64,000 nt of DNA from Octopus sinensis. Lineage: Eukaryota. Below, piece after piece: positions 63,060-64,000 of this stretch. The notes beneath the pieces are model-generated. The model made no database searches. It was not told where the DNA came from and worked only from the letters and a program-made list of their open reading frames with translations. Position 1 is the stretch's first letter, and each line of letters begins with the position of its first letter. The DNA lies in NCBI RefSeq assembly GCF_006345805.1, contig NC_043007.1, forward strand, positions 53,134,001 through 53,198,000, read 5' to 3'. A program made the position numbers and the translations under genes.

Positions 63060-64000
63060 TAGTTGCAGTCAACTGAGGAGACTGAAATCCTAAGTGGCAT
63101 CCCCCAGGGAACTGTTCTGGGGCCATTACTGTTCATAATAGCCCTCTTAGACAAGCATAGTCACTTGGACAGCCACTGTCACTAGCTATGCCAATGATAC
63201 AAGATTATCGCCGGCAATAAAAAATCAAGATGACATCACACACTTACAGTAGGACCTGAATTTGATATGCAGTTTATTGCTGGAAAATTTCAAGCCCTGC
63301 ACTATCAACTCACAAATGCACTACAGCCTGCATATACAGGATCCAAAGGCACTACAATCCCAGAGTCACCGGTAATGAAAGACTTGGGGATCAGTATGTG
63401 CAATGATGTATAATTTTATATGCACATTACCAAGATGGCAGCAAAGTGCAAATAACTGGCAGGATGGATACTGAGGTCCTTCAAGACAAGAGACTAAAAA
63501 AACTATGTTGACCCTGTGGAGATCCTTTGTTCTCAGCTGCCTGGACTACTACTTCTGGTTATTGTCACCACATAGTGCCAAACTAACACCACTACACTAA
63601 AAAGATAGAAACAGTGCAGTGGATGAGCTACAGGGATAGGCTGAGAATGAAGGTGTGAGAAATATGCAATAATCTACGTATGGAAAACTCTAGAAGGGCT
63701 CGTACCTAATTTCGGCATTGAGTATTATACAAATGCCAGAAATGGCTGCTGTTGTATTGTACCAAAGGTACCATCCACTCCATCTAAATTCAGGACCAGG
63801 TACTGCAATAAACTAGAGTTCAAAGGCCCACAGCTCTTCAATGCGGTGCCATAAAAATTAAGAAATCTGCATAAGGTGGAAGTAGAGGTCTTCAAAAAGG
63901 AACTAAACATCCTCCCCTCCACAATACCGGATGAACCAACAGCCCAACATGAGGTGCAGGCAGGAGCAGTGGAATCAAACTCCCTTATACACCAACAGCT
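63060..64000 (+). mobile_element. Decayed CR1-type LINE RT and C-terminal part
   Basis: SGIPQGTVLGPLLFI and YANDT motifs; multiple stops and frameshifts. Confidence 0.8.

Overview
AT-rich, repeat-saturated eukaryotic DNA; the repeat families look like Octopus/cephalopod (inference from recalled family signatures). No prokaryotic genes, CRISPR array or rRNA. The only host gene I can support is four internal + strand exons of a GT8 glucoside xylosyltransferase (GXYLT1/2, Drosophila shams-like): 10191-10325, 21993-22185, 22394-22543 and 37904-38076, splicing in frame to 217 codons. Its first and last exons were not found. The rest is nested mobile DNA: RTE, R4/Dong and CR1-type LINEs, Penelope-like elements, tRNA-derived SINEs, two internally deleted Ty3/gypsy elements with TSDs, a piggyBac, mariners/Tc1, a hAT-like insert and three Helitrons. 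The most notable finding is four type I hammerhead ribozyme motifs: two with intact cores on the gene's sense strand and two with single core substitutions on the minus strand. Two of them lie in an ~825-bp insertion (8928-9752) flanked by a 12-bp TSD and built from ~350-nt monomers in tandem plus inverted arrangement, a retrozyme-like element. Its upstream antisense arm could mask the sense ribozyme in the pre-mRNA. Activity of all RNA motifs is untested.
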